From NCBI GenBank assembly GCA_050010515.1, contig JBEKKX010000033.1:1-27465 (forward strand): a stretch of DNA of 27,465 bases, written 5' to 3'. Positions 1-8,630 of the stretch are shown piece after piece (within the stretch, counting starts at the first letter, position 1; every line of letters begins with the position of its first letter). A model generated the notes under the pieces. That model worked only from the letters and a program-made list of their open reading frames with translations, had not been told where the DNA came from and searched no databases. The position numbers and the translations under genes are program-made. This DNA is from Candidatus Bathyarchaeia archaeon (GTDB lineage Archaea > Thermoproteota > Bathyarchaeia > Bathyarchaeales > Bathycorpusculaceae).

Positions 1-74
1 TAGATTTGAAAAAGGCGGATACTGCAAAGAAAATAGGAGAAACTGTAGCGCTCAAAATTGCCTTCAAATCATAA
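1..74 (+). CDS. Possible 3' end of an upstream gene (partial, unknown product)
   Basis: Frame 3 is open from the window edge (DLKKADTAKKIGETVALKIAFKS) to TAA at 72-74; too short to identify. Confidence 0.3.
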   Translation, partial: DLKKADTAKKIGETVALKIAFKS

Positions 75-122
75 AAAGCAAATAAATACCATTTAAAACC
101 ATTTTTGCAACAAGCTGGCGCG

Positions 123-251
123 CGCTATACGCTAGCATTGATATAGTTGAAGCGGGAAAACGACTCACAGTGAGAAAGCAGAGTTGTTGAGAAACTAATC
201 TTTGAAGCAAAAGCACGAGGCATACACGTTAGCATTGTGCTGCTTGACCGA
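123..251 (+). pseudogene. ISH3-family-like transposase remnant
   Basis: Two frames read ALYASIDIVEAGKRLT and VVEKLIFEAKARGIHVSIVLLDR, resembling the YAt..iv..g.RfTL and vlLDRgF segments of ISH3 DDE transposases; deleted and frameshifted. Confidence 0.5.
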
Positions 252-336
252 GTGCTGGTGGGCGCTATAATAATCAAAAACATCTACGCGTCTTCAGCAG
301 TAAAGTTCGGTTCGGTTAGCATTGCCTAAACGAGCT

Positions 337-364
337 TTTATTTCTAGCGCTTTATTTCTAGCGC
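337..364. repeat. 14-bp tandem duplication TTTATTTCTAGCGC x2
   Basis: Exact copies at 337-350 and 351-364. Confidence 0.85.
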
Positions 365-496
365 GGCTGGCGATACATAAATCTTAAATCGAAAAGCAAG
401 CATTATCATTTAACAGTTAGCGCTGAATAATATATTACATCTTGCTTTAAAACAGAATCTTGCTAGTTTCTATTAAGTCAAAGAATGTGCGCTTGC

Positions 497-919
497 TTAA
501 GAGAGCTGTTTTCCGCATTGTTCGCAGAAAATAGAATCACTTTTATTCTTGGTTCCGCAATTAGAGCAGAACTTATCCGTGGGACCAACTTTAGCTGTAA
601 TTGCTCCAGTTAATTTCCTCCCGCAATTCTGACAATAAGCAGAATCCTTAAAATTTTTAAACCCACAGTATCCGCAGTAAACGGCAGGTGACGGTTCCGT
701 TGGAGAAGGCACAGGAATGTTTACGCTGGTTTTTGTCATTGCAGTTTCCGGACGAACCTCAGTCGCGGTGGGAACTGCTGTTTTAGCGACCCCGCTTTGG
801 GGTGAACCCTGCTGCAGTATGAGAACACCGCCTATCACCGCAATAAAACTTGACACGAGCCCAAGCAAGATAACAAACGATGATATTACAAGGGCGATCC
901 ATCCGATAATAAAAACCAA
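497..919 (-). CDS. Membrane protein with P/T-rich linker and double zinc ribbon; probably 5'-truncated
   Basis: Hydrophobic N-terminus, then CGYC-x10-CQNC and CSNC-x10-CEQC. The TTG start lies inside the TM segment, and an in-frame ATG at 979 is separated from it by a TAA. Confidence 0.7.
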   Translation of the reverse strand: MVFIIGWIALVISSFVILLGLVSSFIAVIGGVLILQQGSPQSGVAKTAVPTATEVRPETAMTKTSVNIPVPSPTEPSPAVYCGYCGFKNFKDSAYCQNCGRKLTGAITAKVGPTDKFCSNCGTKNKSDSIFCEQCGKQLS

Positions 920-1152
920 AAAGCCATTAAGGGCACGCGTAGGCGAATTAAATAATTAAGGAGAGCCTGACCTCGTCATATTGGGTGAAAAATGAAGAGA
1001 TCAGGTTCTCCAATCCTTCTATTCGAGAACTTGGATTTAAAACCTATTCGTCCTATCCTCTGGATTACCACTAATGAAACTAAGAGCAACCCCCCATTTT
1101 AAGCGACTGCTAGAACCTTTCGAAGGCTGAGCGCTCGTTAAAGGATTGCACG

Positions 1153-1572
1153 TCATTGAATTTTTCCGCCACAATTCGGACAGAAATTCACTGCATCAGA
1201 AGGTAGCTCTTTTCCGCAATACCTGCAAAACTTAGCCGTTCGAACAGTCGGAGGAGCAGCAGTCGGAGGAGCAGCAGTCGGAGGAGCAGCAGTCGGAGGA
1301 GCAGCAGTCGGAGGAGCAGCAGTGCTTATGTTGATTCCTAAGAATTTGAGGCCTAGCAACGCTAGTACGGCCGCTATGGCGAGGTATATCAAATCTATAA
1401 GCACGCCCAAATAATTGGATGCGATGGCACGTGCTCCTACATAACTGTAACTAGCTTCTATGAATCCTACGATTGCCTCGAAGAAGAAAGACGCGCCCCA
1501 AAGAATCAGAAAGTATCCTATTAGTTTCTCTTTCGTGAGACTGCCAAGAAAGCTCTTTGTTGAAGCCCACAT
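1153..1572 (-). CDS. 2-TM membrane protein with (TAAPP)5 linker and C-terminal zinc ribbon
   Basis: Two hydrophobic helices, then CRYC-x11-CPNC; TATA-like element upstream on the minus strand (about 1602-1612). Confidence 0.8.
   Translation of the reverse strand: MWASTKSFLGSLTKEKLIGYFLILWGASFFFEAIVGFIEASYSYVGARAIASNYLGVLIDLIYLAIAAVLALLGLKFLGINISTAAPPTAAPPTAAPPTAAPPTAAPPTVRTAKFCRYCGKELPSDAVNFCPNCGGKIQ
1245..1323. repeat. Perfect 15-bp coding tandem repeat (CAGTCGGAGGAGCAG), 5 full copies plus 4 bp
   Basis: Identical units read directly; they encode TAAPP repeats on the minus strand. Confidence 0.95.
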
Positions 1573-1678
1573 TTAAGTCACCAAATCCCAGTTTCTTTGT
1601 CTTAATATAAAAGACTTGTGTAAAGTTAGCACGCTACCTCCTCCCGATAGTATGCTCTGTGTCTAACTGGGCGCGTTT

Positions 1679-2110
1679 TTATGGATTGAAGGTGTAGGCA
1701 GTCTGGGTGATGACGCCGCTTTGCAGAGTGCCCTGCCAAGAAACGATGACTTCTCCAGGTGTAACTTGCGATGTATAGGTTGCCGTTACACTGTAACTTA
1801 TGCCCGACCATGATGCAATGTTGGGTGGTAACGCGACTGGATACAGGATTGTTACGTTCCAGCCTGCACTCTGATAGGAATACAATTGACTGCCTGCCCA
1901 GCCCTCAGGCGTTATATTTTCGCCTGTCCACGAGAACCCTTGCATGTACTGTTCCGTTTCGTTATGGTGCGTTTTGATGTATGCCATGGTCATGTCTCGC
2001 ACTTGCGCCAATGAGGGGCGGTTTATGTAGTAGCTCCAGCCAATGTATCCGCTGATAATTACAATGATAAGCACAGCAACTAAGATTATGATTATTGATT
2101 TTCGCTTCAA
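1679..2110 (-). CDS. Membrane-anchored/secreted hypothetical protein
   Basis: MKRK plus hydrophobic signal-anchor, then an S/T/Y/W-rich extracellular-like domain. Confidence 0.75.
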   Translation of the reverse strand: MKRKSIIIILVAVLIIVIISGYIGWSYYINRPSLAQVRDMTMAYIKTHHNETEQYMQGFSWTGENITPEGWAGSQLYSYQSAGWNVTILYPVALPPNIASWSGISYSVTATYTSQVTPGEVIVSWQGTLQSGVITQTAYTFNP

Positions 2111-2188
2111 CTTCTTTCACTTAATACTTTCACAGTTAACATCAATGAACTACCGCTTGAATATGTTTAAGGCAGGCATTATTGGTTT

Positions 2189-3610
2189 TTATTGGGTATT
2201 TTTGGGTTTTAAGTCTGCTCCGCAATTTGTGCAAAAACTCGCATTGTAAGCTACTCTGTTGTTGCACTTTGGACACATCGTCAATCCTGCTTGTGTGGGA
2301 TTGGGTTGCTGTTGAACCTTTTGTGTTGTCGGAACCGCGCGAGCTTTCAATCTGTTTTGTAACATTAAGAAAACTACTGCGGCAGCAACAATAACAGCCG
2401 CAATTACCACCCCGATTACAATGTTGGTTGATGCAGGTGATGAGCTTGAACTTGAAGCTGATGGGCTTAAACTTGCGGTTGGTGTTGGAATATTTGCTTC
2501 AGGATTTGTCACGCCATACAGGATTGACACATCTTCCTTTCCGCCAAGAATGGTTGTGTAACTCGCCGTGTTGGAATCGTACAGAATTGTGTAAGTGCCC
2601 ATATTTAGAAGCACGCTTCCTTCGCAAGCGTCAATACCTTTCAACCCGACACCTGTCTCATTGGTAGATTGAGTAGTGATGGTCTGGGCACTGCTGAACC
2701 AGTAATTAGGGCCGTTCGGGACGTTGCCATTCTCGAATTCCGTCAAGGGTATGCTCCAAAGGTAGATGATTGGTGAACTATTTGCATCAGGGCTGTACTG
2801 TGCAGCGATGTAGAACGCATTTTGGTCTGCTGAGAGACACCAATCTGAAAAAGCTTCATTGTTGGGAGCAAGCGGAAGGGTTAGGTCCGCCCCCTGCACA
2901 ATTTCTCCTGTGCCTAAATCCAGTTGATTGATGGTGATATTTGCATTTGCGAATTCATAAGTAAAGAGGTTACCTCCAGCTGAAAGTAATCTACCGAAGT
3001 TGGATGGACACGCCGATAACAATTGTGTTTCGGCACCGGAGGTGAGATTAACAGCCTTTAATTGATTGCCTTCCCATTTACCGCCAAATTCATTATACCA
3101 CATCCCAGCTTGGAAATAAAGACTGTTGCCGACAATCGCAAAAGATACTGGTTCGTAAAAACTGAATTCTTGGGAGGTAATGGCTGGCCCAGCCGCGCCA
3201 TTGCCATTGAGGGGAACTTGGTCGATAGAGGCGGTTTCATCGCCACTAGTTTGATCGATTAAATACCTAGTAAACACGAATAGTCTGTTATCAACTGTGT
3301 ATGGAAAAGTGTCGCTTGGAGAATAAACCTCGGAAGCGGCGTACGTTTTGGCTACGGCGGTAATGTTTAGCGCTGGTATGTAACAAAAGATTGCGCCTTC
3401 AGATCCGCCCCCCATATTGACTTCCTGTCCGTCAATGTTAAGATACGAAGGACCACTTGAATTGGTAAGTGAGCCTGCGTAAATCACAGCAAAATATTGC
3501 GCCGATCCATTGGTTTGGGCGTATGTTAAGCTGACACCGGTGTTTAACATAAAGGTGCATAACAAAAGCATTATGGATATGCTGATTGCGCTTATTGAGT
3601 TCAGTTTCAT
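2189..3610 (-). CDS. Cell-surface protein: signal peptide, beta-rich extracellular domain, S/T/P linker, TM helix, cytoplasmic zinc ribbon
   Basis: Signal peptide ending YA-Q; PTPTASLSPSASSSSSSP linker; TM IVIGVVIAAVIVAAAVVFLML; CPKC-x10-CTNC. Confidence 0.85.
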   Translation of the reverse strand: MKLNSISAISISIMLLLCTFMLNTGVSLTYAQTNGSAQYFAVIYAGSLTNSSGPSYLNIDGQEVNMGGGSEGAIFCYIPALNITAVAKTYAASEVYSPSDTFPYTVDNRLFVFTRYLIDQTSGDETASIDQVPLNGNGAAGPAITSQEFSFYEPVSFAIVGNSLYFQAGMWYNEFGGKWEGNQLKAVNLTSGAETQLLSACPSNFGRLLSAGGNLFTYEFANANITINQLDLGTGEIVQGADLTLPLAPNNEAFSDWCLSADQNAFYIAAQYSPDANSSPIIYLWSIPLTEFENGNVPNGPNYWFSSAQTITTQSTNETGVGLKGIDACEGSVLLNMGTYTILYDSNTASYTTILGGKEDVSILYGVTNPEANIPTPTASLSPSASSSSSSPASTNIVIGVVIAAVIVAAAVVFLMLQNRLKARAVPTTQKVQQQPNPTQAGLTMCPKCNNRVAYNASFCTNCGADLKPKNTQ

Positions 3611-3822
3611 CGGGCTTTCTCCTTTAGATTAATTTTAATCTCAAGCGCTCAAGTTTCCACTGTACTTTTCATGTTAGCGTCGATTAGCTATATTATACTT
3701 TTGGATAATACGTTAATCCGATGAACTCCCAAGCCTGTACCGTAATCTTTCAATTAGGCACAAATCCACAGAATACACCTGGATCTACGTTCAACTTGCA
3801 AAATTTACAAAATGAAGGCGCG

Positions 3823-4920
3823 CTGCCTTGTCCCGATATTATGTGTTGAAGTAGGTTGGCGAGACTGCCTTGTCTGGTCTTCCCAAGTTTTGAGCTGCTT
3901 CTCTGTTTAATACTAAGCAAAGTATGCTCAACAACGCATAAGATGCGACTTGCTTCAAACCTCTAACCTTGCTTATGATCATGCTATATTGAGTCTTCAA
4001 GAAGCTGTTTACAGCTTCTATCGGAGGCCTCTTATGATACTCTACCTTTTGGTCTTCAGGTCCATAAGTTCTAAACTTCTTGTCTACTCGCAGAGCATCT
4101 CTGGCACCTCGTTTCTGGTTGGACGGATATGGAATAATCGTCTTTTCTAGCCATTCTGATTTTGTTGTCGCTGTACTGACTGTCCGCTATCACGCTTCGC
4201 AGTTTAGTCCCTGAATTCTTCAGAACCTGCTTTGCCTTTTCAAGAATAGTCAATGAATGTTTTTTCTCGTTCTGGTTTGCTGAAGCAAACAAACTCGATA
4301 AAGGAAGCATTGTTTCAGAATCTATTGATAAATGTAGTTTGTAGCCTAAAGCAAAGGTTCTGCCTGCTCTTCCAACTCTCGCTTCTGAGTCTGAGTATCC
4401 CGTTTGGTTGTCTGTTGGGTTACGTGTGCTCCAAGCTTTGATAAAGGAAGCATCCAGCACGATGTCAACCTCTTTAGTTTGGCTGCTCTTGAGGAGCGAG
4501 ATGACTTTCTCATCGATTATTTGGTTGAGGTTGTCTTCTCCAACCTTTCGGGTGAACCTGCTTAGAACGCTTCTCGGATAAGCTGCCTCGTCTGTCTTGA
4601 TCAAGCATAGCCTTCTCAGTCTTTGGTCAACGTCAAGAATTCTTGCCATTTCCCTAAGGCTGCGAACACCTTTCATGCGCATGACGATGAACGTTCTTAA
4701 AACGCCTAATGGATTTCTCGGGGGTCTTCCTGCACCATTGGTGTGGAAGCAACTACGCAAAATGTTCTTGGCAAAGCTTAAGTCTACGTTTCTGAAGAGG
4801 ATTTCTAGGGTCTCGTGTTCATCTTGTCCCGCTAGGACTCACCTCCTGTGCATGGACGTTGTTCACAAAATACGAGATCCCTCTTCTCAAAATAAGCTTT
4901 TCAATTTCGGGACAAGCCAG
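3823..4920 (-). mobile_element. Insertion sequence (IS5/IS1182-like DDE type), about 1.1 kb, with 16-bp TIRs and CGCG flanks
   Basis: Left end CTGCCTTGTCCCGATA (3823-3838) matches the reverse complement of right end TTTCGGGACAAGCCAG (4905-4920) at 14/16. CGCG at 3819-3822 and 4921-4924 is either the TSD or the outer part of the TIR. Confidence 0.85.
3839..4835 (-). pseudogene. DDE transposase, frameshifted near 4150
   Basis: Motifs GRPPRNP...SLRE, VLDAS, GYKLHL, ADSQYS. After a frame change it continues EKTIIPYPSNQKRG...KRPPIEAVNSFLK...SPTYFNT to a stop at 3839. The frame is open up to about 4838, just after an SD-like GGAGGTGA, but there is no canonical start codon there (CTA). Confidence 0.85.
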
Positions 4921-5040
4921 CGCGGCGAACTTGATACGGAACGATTTAGAGACAACCCAGCGCAATACAATCCTCCATCAACTCCAAACGTGAGCTTTTC
5001 CGAGTTGTAACCCGAGTATGGAGCTAGGCCGGAGCACCAA

Positions 5041-5244
5041 TTATTCATGCGCCTTAGTATGTGTTTTTTCTGGGGTTCCATGCATTTGTTTCATGTGTCT
5101 GTCTAGTTGGGTGTGGGTTTTGAAGGTTTTTCCGCATATTTGGCAGACTACTTTACCCGCTTCTAAGCTGCGTATGGGTTCCTCATGCAAAGGAGGTGCT
5201 TTAGGCAGAATGGACCGAGTTTTGACTTTTTTACGTTCAACCAT
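5041..5244 (-). CDS. Small C2H2 zinc-finger protein
   Basis: CQICGKTFKTHTQLDRHMKQMH is a canonical C-x2-C-x3-F-x5-L-x2-H-x4-H. Confidence 0.85.
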   Translation of the reverse strand: MVERKKVKTRSILPKAPPLHEEPIRSLEAGKVVCQICGKTFKTHTQLDRHMKQMHGTPEKTHTKAHE

Positions 5245-5318
5245 AAAAACAGCACTTCATGATAAAGAGAGGGTGACGGTTTTACGTATAGTTTAGCTTA
5301 AAATGGAAAAAGTGCTTT

Positions 5319-5915
5319 TTAGTTTGTTTTTGTTGTTTTTCCAAGTATAAGTATCATGGATTTTATCCATTGGTCGTGTACATCTTTGTTTGGGAATCCA
5401 AGGACCAGTTTTTCCATCGTTCCCATAAATAGTGCGGTGAAGAGTTCAGCTATGGTTTGAGCGTCAACATCGGTTCTCATCAGACCTTGTTTCATTTTTT
5501 CTTCTACAAATGCTTGAACCGTTTTGACATCTCTTTGGTAATCATCCATGATGATTTTTTTAATTAGGGGATCATGTGAGGCCAAAGCGACTTGTTCGAA
5601 ATGTCTGTGCAAGTTGCCCTTGTATCTTTCAGTCACCATGCTGTAAACTTCTTCAAACGCTTGCGCTAAATCAGGTTTTTCGGACGCTGTATTGATAATG
5701 GTTCTGAGTGTTTGGTGGGTTTGCAGATAAGTTTCTTTCAGGATGTCTTCTTTACTTTTAAAATATGAGTAGAGGGCGCCTTTGCTTACGCCGACTTCTT
5801 TGGCGACATCGTCCATTGTTGAATCATGATACCCTTTTTTGGCAAAAACTATGCGAGCGGCTTCGACAATTTTGGATTTGGCTTCTTCTTTGTATTCGGG
5901 AACTACTTTAGGCAT
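5319..5915 (-). CDS. TetR/AcrR family transcriptional regulator
   Basis: IVEAARIVFAKKGYHDSTMDDVAKEVGVSKGALYSYFKSKEDIL; start adjusted to the ATG at 5915 (MPKVVPEYKEEAK). Confidence 0.95.
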   Translation of the reverse strand: MPKVVPEYKEEAKSKIVEAARIVFAKKGYHDSTMDDVAKEVGVSKGALYSYFKSKEDILKETYLQTHQTLRTIINTASEKPDLAQAFEEVYSMVTERYKGNLHRHFEQVALASHDPLIKKIIMDDYQRDVKTVQAFVEEKMKQGLMRTDVDAQTIAELFTALFMGTMEKLVLGFPNKDVHDQWIKSMILILGKTTKTN

Positions 5916-5983
5916 GATAACCATCATTAAATATAACCAATGCACTTTAAAACATTACTATTAACGACGATAAGTATATTAAT

Positions 5984-5996
5984 TGACTAATAGTCA
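5984..5996. promoter_or_regulatory. Palindrome TGACTA-A-TAGTCA, probable TetR operator
   Basis: Perfect inverted repeat just downstream of a TATA-like TATATTAA, in the divergent tetR/MFS intergenic region. Confidence 0.7.
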
Positions 5997-6023
5997 TTAT
6001 TTTTAAAAAAGCAGTGGTCTAAC

Positions 6024-7505
6024 ATGAACTCAAGCAGCACACCCAGCGCAAACTCAAACACATCTAAAAGCGGCTTAAGTTACCCCACTAAAGTTCTACT
6101 AACCGTAACCGCCGTTTCGCTACTAGTCAACTATGTGGAAACTATGGTCATTCCAGGAATCCCAGTCATCCAAAAAGATTTATCAACAACAGCAACCGTT
6201 GCGTCATGGATTACATCTGCCTTTCTAATTGTCGGAGCTGCAGTTTCGCCGCTGTTCGGAAAACTCGGCGACATCTATGGCAAGAAAAAAATCTTTCTCA
6301 CAGTCTTACTTTTCTACATTGCAGGAGTAGGATTAGCCGGTTTTTCTCCAAGCATAGACATGCTAATCGCCTCAAGAGCTATTCAAGGCGTGGGCTTTGC
6401 CATAATCCCATTAGGCTTAGCTATAATCACTGACATTTTCCCCAAAGAAAGAGTAGCGACTGCTCAAGGCATAATCAGCGGAACCTTCGCCATAGGCGCC
6501 GCAGCAGGCCTAGTCATAGGCGCTTATGTTGTACAAGACCTCAGTTGGCATTGGGCTTTTCACACCGCCTTCATACTTAGCATAGTCCTATTCTTCCTTG
6601 TCGCAGTAATGCTCAAAAAAGATGTTCCTGGCGAAAAGAGCAAGGTTGACTTAACAGGTGCAACGATACTAATGGCTGGTATAGTTCTCGTGTTGGTATA
6701 CCTAACAGAGGCACCAACCTTAGGCTGGCTATCCTACGAAAACATTGCATTCCTTATACCAGGCTTAATCTTAACCGTTTACTTCTTTGTCTTTGAAAAC
6801 AAACGCACCAGCCCGCTTATTCAATTAAGCTTGCTAAAAATCAGGAACGTACTCGTCGCAAACTTGGTTGGCATAATGTCTAGCCTTTCCATGTTTCTAG
6901 TGTTCTTTGCTGTCATCTATTACGCTCAGTACCCTGCGCCGTACGGACTGGGACTTGACATTATCACTACGGGACTGACACTTGCACCTGCAACACTCGT
7001 AATGCTTGTAGTAGGGCCAATTATGGGTAGACTTGTAACCAGAATAGGACCAAAACCCATACTTGCTCTAGGCGCATCCGTCAGCATCATTGGTCTGCTA
7101 CTATTCGCTTTCTACAGAGGAACTACAACAGAACTGACCATAGACGTTGCCGTTGCACTCGTCGGACTCGTGTCCCTGATTATACCAATAGTAAACATGA
7201 TTTCAGTATCAGTGCCCAGAGAAAACACAGCAGTAGGCTTAGGAATGAATACCATGCTGCGAAACCTTGGAGGCGCAATTGGTCCAGTCCTTGCCACCAC
7301 TATAATGTCAACGTACTATGACACTGTAAAATTACCTGTACCGCCATACGTTATGACGTTTGGAAATAAAACAGCCTTTAACACAATCTTCGGCATAGGC
7401 ATTGCTTTAATGATATTAATAATTGCCCTAAGCTTAACAATCAAAAACTACACCTTCGCCAAAAACAGCGGCGAAACAAAAAACGCAGAAAATATAGAGA
7501 CATAA
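6024..7505 (+). CDS. MFS transporter, DHA2/EmrB-like (about 14 TM)
   Basis: Motif A GKLGDIYGKKK, LIASRAIQGVG, WHWAF; divergent from TetR. Confidence 0.93.
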   Translation: MNSSSTPSANSNTSKSGLSYPTKVLLTVTAVSLLVNYVETMVIPGIPVIQKDLSTTATVASWITSAFLIVGAAVSPLFGKLGDIYGKKKIFLTVLLFYIAGVGLAGFSPSIDMLIASRAIQGVGFAIIPLGLAIITDIFPKERVATAQGIISGTFAIGAAAGLVIGAYVVQDLSWHWAFHTAFILSIVLFFLVAVMLKKDVPGEKSKVDLTGATILMAGIVLVLVYLTEAPTLGWLSYENIAFLIPGLILTVYFFVFENKRTSPLIQLSLLKIRNVLVANLVGIMSSLSMFLVFFAVIYYAQYPAPYGLGLDIITTGLTLAPATLVMLVVGPIMGRLVTRIGPKPILALGASVSIIGLLLFAFYRGTTTELTIDVAVALVGLVSLIIPIVNMISVSVPRENTAVGLGMNTMLRNLGGAIGPVLATTIMSTYYDTVKLPVPPYVMTFGNKTAFNTIFGIGIALMILIIALSLTIKNYTFAKNSGETKNAENIET

Positions 7506-7834
7506 AATTGAATGACACAAACACCCCTCTCCATTTTTATTTTCCAACTTAGAAAACAATTTCTAAGACCCGATTCAGCTTCCGCTGCTCCTATTGGACA
7601 TTGGCTTAAATGGAGAAAAGCGACGTTCTAGTTGATTTAAGCGCTAAGGAATCTCGGCGCTGATAGGGCCCACTTTTAGCTGGTGAATACTTAACAAGCG
7701 AGTAGGGGGAGGGTAGGTCTATTTAGCTAGTGAAACTAGGCCTAAAAAGAGGACAGAGGTAGGTCAAACAAGCCTTATATGCCCCTCATGAAAGCAAGCT
7801 TTTAAAGTTGAGAAATAAAAAAAGAAAGTTGTTT

Positions 7835-8506
7835 TTATGGTGGTAATTGTTTTCCGCAGTGAGGACAAAAAGCGGTGTTTGGCTCTACAGGGGCACCACA
7901 GTTAGGGCAGTATCGTGTTGCTTGTGTTGGCTGTGCTACTGGTGGTGTAGTAGGTGGAGTATAACCATATGGTTGTGAAGCGTATGGTTGCTGTGGTTGA
8001 AGTCTCATGGAGAAGAAGCCTATTGTGGAAAATATCCAAGCGATGAATATCAGTATTAAGCCGACAAAAATTATCGTTAGTATGGCGCCCCACCATAGTA
8101 AGGTGCCAGCGGTCGCAAACGATTGTTCTCCTGATTTTTGTGCAAGTACATCGAAAGTTTTTCTTAAGTGCATAGCTGCAAGTAAATAGAATATGAAAGC
8201 AACGATTAGAGCTAGGATGAAAACTATTATGCCAACTGCAAAGCCGATTATAGATGCGAAGCCAATTACTAATGCAACGACGGCTACTGCTGCCGCTATT
8301 AGAGCGATTATGTAGAATATGACGCCCGTTAGTGAGTTTTGGTAGATTTCGTTGTTTTGATAGTAACTTGCAAGTCCCTTGATACCTATGAGCAGTAGGA
8401 TTATACCGATGATACCTAATACCGCGCCTGCGTAAGGAACTATGCTGAGTATAAGCAGTATTGAGCCGACGCCAGCTAATGTCTTACTAGATTCTACGTT
8501 ACTCAT
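7835..8506 (-). CDS. DUF996-family membrane protein with C-terminal zinc ribbon
   Basis: KTLAGVGSILLIL...IIGIILLLIGIKGLASYY...FATAGTLLWWGAILTII; Q/P linker; CPNC-x10-CPHC; start adjusted to ATG 8506. Confidence 0.85.
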   Translation of the reverse strand: MSNVESSKTLAGVGSILLILSIVPYAGAVLGIIGIILLLIGIKGLASYYQNNEIYQNSLTGVIFYIIALIAAAVAVVALVIGFASIIGFAVGIIVFILALIVAFIFYLLAAMHLRKTFDVLAQKSGEQSFATAGTLLWWGAILTIIFVGLILIFIAWIFSTIGFFSMRLQPQQPYASQPYGYTPPTTPPVAQPTQATRYCPNCGAPVEPNTAFCPHCGKQLPP

Positions 8507-8630
8507 TTGACTTTCCCTCAATAAATCGGCATTTATAATGTTTTTGGATAAAAGCTTTTTCAATCAGATTAGCGTTAATTTGATTACAGGCGAACAATAA
8601 ATAAACCGAATTTCAGTATAAAATACAGAA

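Noticed and set aside
1245-1323. Repeat array as possible CRISPR
   Set aside because: Units are 15 bp, contiguous, without spacers, and in frame within a CDS
1625-1667. GTTAGC...GTCTAAC as an integron attC site between co-oriented genes
   Set aside because: Boxes are in the wrong order (GTT before AAC on both strands), and there is no similar site at other gene ends and no IntI
4071-4150. ORF-track C-terminus RKDDYSISVQ...QEV of the transposase, or a programmed frameshift
   Set aside because: Out-of-frame tail; the true C-terminus continues in another frame to 3839. No clear slippery heptamer, so mutation or sequencing error is more likely
4597-5296. ORFs 4597-5010(+), 4887-5081(-), 5018-5296(+)
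   Set aside because: Antisense to or straddling the IS end and the C2H2 gene, with no recognisable motifs
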